A program made the position numbers and the translations under genes. A stretch of DNA of 64,000 nucleotides from Octopus vulgaris (Eukaryota), in the NCBI GenBank assembly GCA_951406725.2, contig OX597838.1, forward strand, positions 19,096,001-19,160,000, in the 5' to 3' direction. Below, piece after piece: positions 53,270-64,000 of this stretch (within the stretch, counting starts at the first letter, position 1; every line of letters starts with the position of its first letter). The notes under the pieces were generated by a model, which was not told the origin of the DNA, did not search any database, and worked only from the letters and a program-made list of their open reading frames with translations.

Positions 53270-53645
53270 TAGGTGCAGGAGTGGCTGTGTGGTAAGTAGC
53301 TTGCTTACCAACCACATGGTTCCGGGTTCAGTCCCACTGCGTGGCACCTTGGGCAAGTGTCTTCTACTATAGCCTCAGGCCGACCAAAGCCTTGTGAGTG
53401 GATTTGGCATATGGAAACTGAAAGAAGCTCGTCATATATATGTATATATATATATGTATGTGCGTGTATGTTTGTGTGTCTGTGTTTGTCCCTCTAGCAT
53501 TGCTTGACAACCGATGCGGTTCGGCAAAAGAGACCGATAGAATAAGTACTGGGCTTACAAAGAATAAGTCCCGGGGTCAAGTTGCTTGATTAAAGGCGGT
53601 GCTCCAGCATGGCCGCAGTCAAATGACTGAAACAAGTAAAAGATA
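53270..53645 (+). mobile_element. SINE family A
   Basis: Consensus match with a small internal deletion. Confidence 0.9.
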
Positions 53646-53716
53646 AAGATAAAGAATTGAAAAGCAGAGGAGTAAATCAGAAAGTACAAGGCATACATGT
53701 TGCATATAAATACATT

Positions 53717-54125
53717 TGTAGGATGTGTGGTTGGCACTGGTTGGGTGCCTCACACTTCCTTACATAGTCAGGGAAAGGAAAATAGTGGGAACAAGAATCT
53801 CCGAACAAATAACAATAATAATTTATTTCGCCGAAATAAGGACATCAGTAGCCTGGACGTCTTGGGGCTGGAAGCAGCAGAGCTGGTTTAAATCACCATT
53901 GTGAAGGCATTCTTCACAGATTCGCTTAAGTCATATTCGCCTTCACACGGAGCTTGTCTCGTTGCATGCTGCCGGAGGGAAGAGAGAGAATAGCGGTCAA
54001 ACCCAGCTGCGGCTCATGACTGCGCATGTGCATAAGGGACTCCCGGCAGGTCTTCCAGAAGACTAACCCTTGCACATGCATGGATGAAAATTCCAAAACG
54101 GCGTCTGGAACCATGCGTCACTACA
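53717..54125. mobile_element. Solo LTR (409 bp)
   Basis: TGTAG...CTACA termini with the 4-bp TSD CATT (53713-53716, 54126-54129); CpG-rich relative to the flanks. Confidence 0.75.
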
Positions 54126-54476
54126 CATTTATACAGATTTGAACAGTTTTGGATTTGTCATATTGCTAATAGAAAAAAATAATTGAATAAAAAGTGGTGT
54201 TTCTCTTATTTTGTCCAATCCTCCCTGTCTTTAACATGAATTCCTTTTATGGTGTTCTGAAACCTCTTTTACCCCATTTCTACAATTAAAAAATCTTTAT
54301 TACTTCTAACCTTATAGCAGTTAGGAACAGCCATATCTTGGTCAGTCAGTGGAAGGACTTCACAACCTCATATGTTCTTAAAATTTAAATCTACATCTTT
54401 GTCTGTATATCTACCTTCTCTATAATGTTGCCACTTGATTTGAATTTTTTTGTATTAATGGAAAACCTCTATAATA

Positions 54477-54893
54477 TAGGCGCAGGAGTGGCTGTGTGGT
54501 AAGTAGCTTGCTAACCAACCACATGGTTCCGGGTTCAGTCCCACTGTGTGGCATTTGGGCAAGTGTCTTCTGCTATAGCCCCGGGCCGACCAATGCCTTG
54601 TGAGTGGATTTGGTAGACGGAAACTGAAAGAAGCCTGTTGTATATATGTATATATATATATGTATGTGTGTGTATATGTTTGTGTGTCTGTGTTTGGCCC
54701 CCCTAGCATTGCTTGACAACCGATGCTGGTGTGTTTACATTCCCGTCACTTAGCGGTTCGGCAAAAGAGACCGAAAGAATAAGTACTGGGCTTACAAAGA
54801 ATAAGTCCTGGGGTCGATTTGCTCGACTAAAGGCAGTGCTCCAGCATGGCCACAGTCAAATGACTGAAACAAGTAAAAGAGTAAAAGAGTAAA
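54477..54893 (+). mobile_element. SINE family A
   Basis: Consensus match. Confidence 0.9.
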
Positions 54894-55062
54894 GAGAATT
54901 GGCTGATGAGTACTCAGCATCTTAAATCTGTTGTAATACTTACAACATTTAATAAAATGACGTAGTACGAAACGATTGTACCAAATTACCGGAGTCATTC
55001 TTGTTGCTTATTTTGAGTATATATATCGTTCGTTTAACGTCCGTTCTCCATGCTAGCATGGG

Positions 55063-55063
<1 letters not shown>

Positions 55064-55103
<40 letters not shown>

Positions 55104-55144
55104 TATATATACACATATATATACACATATATATACACACACAC

Positions 55145-55175
<31 letters not shown>

Positions 55176-55285
55176 TATATATATATACACATATATACAC
55201 ACACACATATATATATATACACATATATATATACATATACATGTGTATATATATAAATATATATTTATATCTATATATATATAGC
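55064..55285. repeat. Compound (TA)n/(CA)n microsatellite
   Basis: Directly visible. Confidence 0.95.
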
Positions 55286-55486
55286 CTTATCTTATATACA
55301 AAGAATAATATACTATATGTATGTATGTTATAATTATCAGTTTAATAAATAAATAAATAAATAAGTTAACATTTTTAATGTCCTAAAGTTGATCAACCAA
55401 CTATTGTTCTCCTCCATTTTCTGATTTGCAATATATGTATATATATATTTACATTTATGTACATATATATGTACATTTGTGTGTGT

Positions 55487-55524
<38 letters not shown>

Positions 55525-55964
55525 ATTTTCTTCTGTCATTTTGACAAAATATCATTTGAGCAGCTCAAACTGACAGTATTCCAAACTGTAAGTGGTTAAG
55601 CATTTTACAAGCACTTGTCAATGTAACCCACTCCTGTAGCAATGTGACACTGCGTGGCAGAAACACCAGTTGTTTTGAATTACACGTACACCTCATCTTC
55701 TGTGGAAGTATAAGTGCCAGGCACTTACGAAAAAACAAAACAAAAATATCCTTAGTACAGTCATTCAGTGATTAGGCAGTGTTTGACGTGACTGGCTTAC
55801 TGTACCTCAAGTGCTGTCCAGCTGAAGAGATCCCACAGTTTCTGTCTACAAATTTCACATAGAAACCAATCATAGGCTACTGAATCATCAATCAACATCA
55901 TCATTACAATCATCATCATCATCCTCATAATCATCATCATCATCATTACAATCACCATTATCAC

Positions 55965-56425
55965 CATTTGCCAGCTCTGTCTGGCCCTGTGTCGGTGGCA
56001 CGTAAAAGCACCATCCGTTCGTGTCCGTTGCCAGCATCGCCTGGCCCCGTGCCGGTGACACGTAAAAGCACCGTCCGTTCGTGGCTGTTTGCCAGCTCTG
56101 TCTGGCCCTGTGTCGGTGGCACGTAAAAGCACCATCCGTTCGTGTCCGTTGCCAGCATCGCCTGGCCCCGTGCTGGTGACACGTAAAAGCACCATCCGTT
56201 CGTGGCCGTTTGCCAGCTCTGTCTGGCACCTGTGCAGGTGGCACGTAAAAAACACCCACTACACTCGCGGAGTGGTTGGCGTTAGGAAGGGCATCCAGCC
56301 GTAGAAACACTGCCAGATCTGACTGGGCCTGACGAAGCCTTCCAGCTTCACAGACCCCAGTTGAACCGTCCAACCCATGCTAGCATGGAAAGCGGGCGCT
56401 AAATGATGATGATGATGATGATGAT
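55965..56425 (+). mobile_element. Family C repeat with expanded internal ~60-bp subunits (~120-bp dimer period)
   Basis: CACGTAAAAGCACC(A/G)TCCGTTCGTG..CGTT(T)GCCAGC repeated 4-5 times in two alternating forms. Confidence 0.85.
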
Positions 56426-57213
56426 TATCATTATCATCATTTAACATCCATTTTCTATGTAGGCCTGTGTTGGGCTGGTGTAAAGCCAGGACCTGCACCA
56501 GGCTCCATTCTCTGTTCTGGCATGGTTTCTACAGCTGGATGCCCTTCCTAATGCCAATCACTCCATAGATTGTACAGGATGCTTTTTATATGGCACCAGC
56601 ACTGGTCTCAATTCTGCTGTGGCGAATGTACCTTCTTGAGTCCAACAAGGTGCCATATATCTTGGTCCTTTGTCATATCCTTCCTAAGGCCCATTGTCTT
56701 GAGATTGGCCTTCATTACTTCGTACCATGTCATCTTGGGTCTCTCTCTACCACACGTTCTATCCACTTTAAGTGATTACCATCCAATCATGGCTGTTGCC
56801 AGCCTCGCCTGGCCCCCATGCTGGTGGCATGTAAAAAGCACCATCCAATCGTGGCCGTTTGCCAGCCTCATCTGGCACCTGTGCCGGTGGCACGTAAAAA
56901 GCACCCACTACACTCACGGAGTGGTTGGCGTTAGGAAGGGCATCCAGCTGTAGAAATACTGCCAGATCAGACTGGGCCTGGTGCAGCCTTCTGGCTTCTC
57001 AGACCCCAGTTGAACTGTCCAACCCATGCTAGCATGGAAAGCGGACGCCAAATGATGATGATGATGATGATGATGTATGCAACTTGTGATATCTACACAC
57101 GTTTGTGGGAGGGAAACTGGAGCCTAGTTATTGCCAATCAAAATTTTCCACACCAACACAGCTGCCTCTCATGCACACTAAAGCTTATTCCCCTACATTA
57201 TTTACATTGGACG

Positions 57214-59722
57214 GATATTTGTCCCCATCTTGTTTGTTGTTACCACAACCGTTTCAGCTGATTTGCTCTCCAGCCTTCATCAGGTGTCAGATATTTGTCC
57301 TCATCTTGTTTGTTGTTAACACAACCGTTTCAGCTGATTTGCTCTCCAGCCTTCATCAGGTGTCAGATATTTGTCCTCATCTTGTTTGTTGTTACCACAA
57401 CCGTTTCAGCTGATTTACTCTCCAGCCTTCATCATGTGTTAGATATTTGTCCTCATCTTGTTTGTTGTTACCACAACCGTTTCAGCTGATTTGCTCTCCA
57501 GCCTTCATCAGGTGTCAGATATTTGTCCTCATCTTGTTTGTTGTTACCACAACCGTTTCAGCTGATTTGCTCTCCAGCCTTCATCATGTGTTAGATATCT
57601 GTCCTCATCTTGTTTGTTGTTACCACAACCGTTTCAGCTGATTTGCTCTCCAGCCTTCATCAGGTGTCAGATATCTGTCCTCATCTTGTTTGTTGTTACC
57701 ACAACCGTTTCAGCTGATTTGCTCTCCAGCCTTCATCATGTGTCAGATATCTGTCCTCATCTTGTTTGTTATTACCACAACCGTTTCAGCTGATTTGCTC
57801 TCCAGCCTTCATCATGTGTTAGATATTTGTCCTCATCTTGTTTGTTATTACCACAACCGTTTCAGCTGATTTGCTCTCCAGCCTTCATCATGTGTCAGAT
57901 ATCTGTCCTCATCTTGTTTGTTATTACCACAACCGTTTCAGCTGATTTGCTCTCCAGCCTTCATCATGTGTCAGATATCTGTCCTCATCTTGTTTGTTAT
58001 TACCACAACCGTTTCAGCTGATTTGCTCTCCAGCCTTCATCAGGTGTCAGATATCTGTCCTCATCTTGTTTGTTATTACCACAACCGTTTCAGCTGATTT
58101 GCTCTCCAGCCTTCATCATGTGTCAGATATCTGTCCTCATCTTGTTTGTTATTACCACAACCGTTTCAGCTGATTTGCTCTCCAGCCTTCATCATGTGTC
58201 AGATATCTGTCCTCATCTTGTTTGTTATTACCACAACCGTTTCAGCTGATTTGCTCTCCAGCCTTCATCATGTGTCAGATATCTGTCCTCATCTTGTTTG
58301 TTATTACCACAACCGTTTCAGCTGATTTGCTCTCCAGCCTTCATCATGTGTCAGATATCTGTCCTCATCTTGTTTGTTATTACCACAACCGTTTCAGCTG
58401 ATTTGCTCTCCAGCCTTCATCAGGTGTCAGATATCTGTCCTCATCTTGTTTGTTATTACCACAACCGTTTCAGCTGATTTGCTCTCCAGCCTTCATCATG
58501 TGTCAGATATCTGTCCTCATCTTGTTTGTTATTACCACAACCTGTTTCAGCTGATTTGCTCTCCAGCCTTCATCATGTGTCAGATATCTGTCCTCATCTT
58601 GTTTGTTATTACCACAACCGTTTCAGCTGATTTGCTCTCCAGCCTTCATCATGTGTCAGATATCTGTCCTCATCTTGTTTGTTGTTACCACAACCGTTTC
58701 AGCTGATTTGCTCTCCAGCCTTCATCAGGTGTCAGATATCTGTCCTCATCTTGTTTGTTGTTACCACAACCGTTTCAGCTGATTTGCTCTCCAGCCTTCA
58801 TCATGTGTCAGATATCTGTCCTCATCTTGTTTGTTATTACCACAACCGTTTCAGCTGATTTGCTCTCCAGCCTTCATCAGGTGTCAGATATCTGTCCTCA
58901 TCTTGTTTGTTATTACCACAACCGTTTCAGCTGATTTGCTCTCCAGCCTTCATCATGTGTCAGATATCTGTCCTCATCTTGTTTGTTATTACCACAACCG
59001 TTTCAGCTGATTTGCTCTCCAGCCTTCATCATGTGTCAGATATCTGTCCTCATCTTGTTTGTTGTTACCACAACCGTTTCAGCTGATTTGCTCTCCAGCC
59101 TTCATCATGTGTCAGATATCTGTCCTCATCTTGTTTGTTATTACCACAACCGTTTCAGCTGATTTGCTCTCCAGCCTTCATCATGTGTCAGATATTTGTC
59201 CTCATCTTGTTTGTTGTTACCACAACCGTTTCAGCTGATTTGCTCTCCAGCCTTCATCATGTGTCAGATATCTGTCCTCATCTTGTTTGTTGTTACCACA
59301 ACCGTTTCAGCTGATTTGCTCTCCAGCCTTCATCATGTGTTAGATATCTGTCCTCATCTTGTTTGTTGTTACCACAACCGTTTCAGCTGATTTGCTCTCC
59401 AGCCTTCATCATGTGTCAGATATCTGTCCTCATCTTGTTTGTTATTACCACAACCGTTTCAGCTGATTTGCTCTCCAGCCTTCAACAGGTGTCAGATATT
59501 TGTCCTCATCTTGTTTGTTGTTACCACAACCGTTTCAGCTGATTTGCTCTCCAGCCTTCATCAGGTGTTAGATATTTGTCCTCATCTTGTTTGTTGTTAA
59601 CACAACCGTTTCAGCTGATTTGCTCTCCAGCCTTCATCATGTGTCAGATATTTGTCCTCATCTTGTTTGTTGTTACCACAACCGTTTCAGCTGATTTGCT
59701 CTCCAGCCTTCATCAGGTGTCA
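57214..59722 (-). repeat. Tandem array of 33 x 76-bp units, each a minimal hammerhead-ribozyme-like motif
   Basis: Unit on the minus strand: UGACAC-(C/A)UGAUGA-AGGCUG-GAGAGCAAAU-CAGCU-GAAA-CGG-UU-GUGGU(A)ACAACAAACAAGAUGAGGACAAAUAUC. Period 76 (57214, 57290 ... 59723), with one 1-nt insertion near 58542. Confidence 0.95.
57290..57365 (-). ncRNA. Best-preserved minimal type-I hammerhead ribozyme unit of the array
   Basis: Intact CUGAUGA and GAAA; stem I GACAC/GUGUU; stem II GGCUG/CAGCU; GUU cleavage triplet. Activity untested. Confidence 0.6.
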
Positions 59723-59990
59723 GATATTTGTCTTCATCTTGTTTGTTGTTAACATGTTTTTGCTGGTATACCCTCCAGCCTTCCTCAGGTGTCTTGGGGA
59801 AATTTCGAGCTTGGGTTCTCATTCCTAACATCAAAAACTACCTCAGGAATGAGAACCCAGGTTCAAAATTTCCTCAAGACACCTGATGAAGGCTGGAGGG
59901 TATATCAGCCAAAACGTTGTGTTAACAACAAACAAGATGAGGACAAATATCCATCAAATGTAAATAATGTACATAATTCCTCATCTCTTA
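59723..59990. mobile_element. Inverted (foldback) pair of Penelope-like terminal repeats with degenerate hammerheads
   Basis: 59723-59826 is the approximate reverse complement of 59845-59950. The right arm reads GACAC CTGATGA AGGCTG..CAGCC aAAA CG TT GTGTT, the Penelope minimal HHR layout with G12>A. The right-arm end (ccatcaaatgtaaataatgta) is complementary to 57193-57213 at the far left of the array. Confidence 0.8.
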
Positions 59991-60616
59991 AATATAAAAT
60001 TGTAGGTAACAAGCATATAAAAAGAAAATTTATACATAAATTTGATTGGTTCGCGTTTTAGCCACTGCTGGGTAGTGTGTTTAATTTGTTCACTGAGCAC
60101 CACCGCAAATACCCCTTGTTTTTCAAAAATCCCCCCTAAATCATAAAATAAAGGGGGAAAATTTGTCCTTTTTTTAAAATCCTGGCAGCAACACTGTAGC
60201 TGGAAGCAGGATAATAATCTAATTCTACACTTTATCACATTCAAGAATATGAACACGTTTTTAAGTACAGCACACATGGAGTCAAAAAGAAACACGACCA
60301 GGGTCAGTACTGCGTGAATGACAGCGCTCTCTCTCCCTAGCATGCAGCTTCCTATCTCAGACATGTGAGCAAGAGCACAACAGCCAAACACCGTGTTGCT
60401 GGATCTGTGAAATGCACAATTCTGTACAAGGATTTTTGTATTTTTTTCACAAACTAGGGTATGGCTTCTGTCATTAAGCTTAAGGATCATATAATGTACA
60501 AGTATAAAGAAAGAGTTAAAGTAAAAAGGGCTCATTATATTGAATGTTATCGATAATATAAAGTGGAAATAGTGGGTGCTGCAGTTCTGCAGTGCCTATA
60601 CATGAGCCGCCTCTGC

Positions 60617-60930
60617 TTGGACATGATGTGCAGTGACATGTTCTCTAGCTCCAACCTTGCAACATTACCTGCGAACCCTGGGTGTCGCCACCTGTAATAC
60701 AGAAGAGAGAAAAATCAATAAATACTGGAGCCTGGCTGGCCGCTCTCAGTTTGTGCCAGTTGCCATCATGACATTAGGTGTTCTAGGACTGTGTACTACC
60801 AATTTTCTCTGCAAAAGAGGGGTAATGGCAGTCCATGAGAGAAATGAGCCCCATAAGATGAAGCAGCTGCTGAAGTGAGTGTTGTTGGCCATTCTCCATA
60901 GCAATACCACCACAGTTTTTACCACAGGGT
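60617..60930 (+). pseudogene. CRE-clade non-LTR retrotransposon restriction-like endonuclease C-terminal relic
   Basis: W..C...LAP...Y....G.A....EERK.NKY.SL....QFVPVAI.TLG.LG....FL...G............AI...N pattern. Confidence 0.65.
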
Positions 60931-61034
60931 GTGGCTGAGCACGCTCATTTGTTCCGGGTTATGCAGCCCATCGCCGCCCCTCTTCCCTCCACCTTCCTCT
61001 GCTTTACCCCGCCACCACCTTTGTTCCTTTTCTT

Positions 61035-61572
61035 TTTTATTTCTTTATTGCCCACAAGGGGCTAAACATAGAGGGGGACAAACAAGGACAGACAAGGAGA
61101 TGAAGTCGATTACATCAATCCCAGTGTGTAACTGGTACTTAATTTATCGACCCCCGAAAGGATGAAAAGCAAAGTCGACCTCGGTGGAATTTGAACTCAG
61201 AACGTAACAGCAGACAGAGTACCTATTTCTTTATTACCCACAAGGGGCTAAACACAGAGGGGACAAATGGATTAAGTTGATGACATCGACTCCAGTGCGT
61301 AACCGGTACTTAATTTATCGACCCCGAAAGGATGAAAGGCAAAGTTGACCTCGGCAGAATTTGAACTCAGAATGTAGTGGCAGACAGATACCTATTTCTT
61401 TACTACCCACAAGGGGCTAAACAAAGAGAGGACAAACAAGGACAGACAAATGGATTAACTGGTACTTAGTTAATCAACCCCGAAAGGATGAAAGGCAAAG
61501 TTGACCTCGGTGGAATTTGAACTCAGAACGTAATGGCCTGGTGTGCTAACATTTCTGCCAGCTCACCACCTT
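61035..61572 (-). mobile_element. SINE family B trimer
   Basis: Three units joined at AAAGAAATAGGTA; the head is present only on the first unit. Confidence 0.85.
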
Positions 61573-62424
61573 CCTTTCCTTTCTCTTTTCCTTTCCTTTT
61601 TTCCGTTTCTTTCTTTTCCTTTCTTATCTCTCTTCTTTCCTGTTCCTTTGTGTTTAAATGCTCTCATAAAATAAAGACAAAATATGGCCTCTACATTTTT
61701 AGTACACAACCTCCCCCCCCATCCTCACTGCTGATTAGGTCACCTAAATAACAGAAATGATATCAAGTACTTCTATAAAACCCACAGAACATTGAAAAAA
61801 GTTTACTTTATCACTGCTTTGAGAGCTCATTACTCCTACATACCTACCACAATCAATGTCCCTATTTACAGTCAGCCTTGTGTAACCGAGGATCACATAA
61901 GATGTATTGCATAAAATTTCTACTTACTCCTCCTTCTACTTATTGCACATGGGGATTTCCCTAATCGGTATCAGAAACCTTTATTCTTTTCTGCTAAAAC
62001 CTTAGTCTTCACTAAGTTTATTTGATGCCTCGCAGTTTAGCTGGCTGAATTGTTAGGTGTTTTCGCTCAATAAACACACACAATGCCTAGTCTGGGAATC
62101 GAAACCGCGATCCTCTGACCGCGAGTCCACTGCCCTAACCACTGCACCATTGCACCTCTATGGTCGTATATTAAGTAGAGAGATATTTTAGTTTCCACAC
62201 AGTTGGATAGAAAACAGAGATAGTTTGAAAAATTGATGTGAAAGAAATGAAGCTAATGTGCTTTACTAGAAGTGCAATGTCAGTGTGCATGCATGACAGA
62301 GTGTAAGCATCTTGAGAGAAAAATTGGGTATAAGAGGCATCAGATGTAATGTGCACATGACCATACCAATATGGACAAGGACAGCTGTGTAAAGAAGTGC
62401 TAATCTCCAACTGTAGAGAGAACC

Positions 62425-62824
62425 TACTCTTTTACTCTTTTACTTGTTTCAGTCGTTTGACTGCGGCCATGCTGGAGCACCGCCTTTAATCGAGCAACTC
62501 GACCCCGGGACTTATTCTTTTGTAAGCCCAGTACTTATTCTATCGGTCCCTTTTGCCGAACCGCTAAGTGACGGGGACGTAAACACACCAGCATCGGTTG
62601 TCAAGCAATGCTAGGGAGACAAACACATACACACACATACATATATATATACATATATACGACAGGCTTCTTTCAGTTTCCGTCTACCAAATCCACTCAC
62701 AAGGCATTGGTCGGCCCGGGACTATAGCAGAAGACACTTGCCTAAGATGCCATGCAGTGGGACTGAACCCGGAACCATGTGGTTGGTTAGCAAGCTACTT
62801 ACCACACAGCCACTCCTGCACCTA
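62425..62824 (-). mobile_element. SINE family A, full length
   Basis: Consensus match, inside an old RTE 3' relic (62190-63660). Confidence 0.9.
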
Positions 62825-62860
62825 TGTAAGATGTAAATACAGAAAGACATGAGATGTGGT

Positions 62861-63195
62861 CAGTAGCAGATTGGCCAGGTTGCCAGCTTGCCTGATGGCA
62901 AGTGGGCCCCTGCCCCATCAGAATCCATATATGAGGGCCCTTGTTAGTATCTAAGGGGCCCATCCCTTTAAGTTTGAGAATATTTTATTCACTCCTGGAA
63001 GAATGCATTAATTGTTTCAGCCTGGCTGTGTTTGTAGACAGTTGAAAAGAATACTTTTAACAAAAAAAAAAAATTAAATTATAGCATTGTACTTGCAGGT
63101 GGGCCCCTTGTTGTTGCAGGCAGGCCCCCTAGTAGTTGCAGGTGGGCCCCCTTAGTTTCCTGGCAACCAATATTTTTAGACTCAGTCTGCCACTG
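62861..63195. mobile_element. hAT-type MITE
   Basis: TIR CAGTAGCAGATTG / CAGTCTGCCACTG; perfect 8-bp TSD GATGTGGT (62853-62860, 63196-63203); internal GGGCCC subterminal motifs. Confidence 0.9.
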
Positions 63196-63713
63196 GATGT
63201 GGTGGTGAAGTATGATCTTTAGCTGTGGAGTATCTATTTCTTTATTACCCACAAGGGGCTAAACATAGAGGGGACAAACATGGACAGACATAGGTATTAA
63301 GTCGATTATATCGACCCCAGTGCTTAACTGGTACTTAATTTATCGACCTCGAAGTAGCTGTGGAGTATCATGGAGGTGATGACAAGTGACAGGGACCTTT
63401 GGTGATTTGCTGTACTTGAGAAGACACGTCAAGCTAAGTGAATAGTGTCCAGCGCCGATGACATGCATAAGGCACCCATGCTGGTGACATATAAAAGGCA
63501 CCTACCACACTCTGTGGCGTGGTGGGCATTTGGAAGGGCATCCAGCCATAGAAACCAAGCCAAAACAGACTGGAGCCCGGTACAGCTCTCTGGCTCACCA
63601 GCACCAGTCAAACTGTCCAACCCATGCCAGCATGGAAAACAGATGTTATGTGATGACGATGGTGCATGCATGCATGTATGTATGTATATGTGTGTCTTTG
63701 TGTTTGTGTTTAT

Positions 63714-63992
63714 TGTGGGATGACGTCAGCAGCTGGGGAGCTGACCGGAACTTGGGGCTGACCGGAAGGGGCAGCAGTGATGCGCGCGCAGGTAGGGCAG
63801 GATTCTGCTTTTTTCAATCGAGGTCGCCGAACGGGTAAGACGGCGTCAGCACGTTGTTAAGTTTGGGAGAAGCAGCTGCTATTTCTAGCGTTCGGGTCGG
63901 TCTGTGTTGAAGGATCCATTACCGCTGAAGGGTCCCCATCTGAGCGAAGAGAAGGTAGGTGCCTATATTTCGAATCTCTCGCATACACCACA
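63714..63992. mobile_element. Young solo LTR (279 bp)
   Basis: TGTGG...CCACA termini; 5-bp TSD TTTAT (63709-63713, 63993-63997); abundant intact CpG. Confidence 0.8.
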
Positions 63993-64000
63993 TTTATCAC

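Noticed and set aside
57214-59722. CRISPR array interpretation, or the repeated ORFs (LLPQPFQLICSPAF...) as a repeat protein
   Set aside because: The units are fully repeated with no unique spacers and there are no cas genes. The 76-bp period is not a multiple of 3, and stops recur in every frame.

Overview
AT-rich, repeat-saturated animal DNA. The SINE families and (TA)n/(CA)n/(ATG)n microsatellites look like an octopus (coleoid cephalopod) genome; this is inferred from repeat recognition, not from a search. Almost all ORFs in the supplied track are repeat artefacts. One host gene is supported on the minus strand: two small in-frame exons (16046-16156, 7872-7950) encode the first half of an SLF1/TopBP1-BRCT7-like BRCT domain, with a possible non-coding first exon ending at 44670. 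The rest comprises tRNA-derived SINEs, RTE, CR1, CRE and Penelope retroelement relics, Tc1/mariner and pogo relics, hAT and piggyBac-like MITEs, a Helitron, a deleted Gypsy-type element and two clean solo LTRs. The standout feature is at 57190-59990: a foldback pair of Penelope-type terminal repeats, one arm of which is amplified into 33 tandem 76-bp units. Each unit is a minimal type-I hammerhead-ribozyme fold on the minus strand, and about 10 keep an intact CUGAUGA core. Also notable are fixed-junction SINE concatemers, several head-to-head foldback duplications and a K-to-E change in the predicted BRCT phosphate pocket. Repeat coordinates were read by eye and are approximate unless termini or TSDs are stated.
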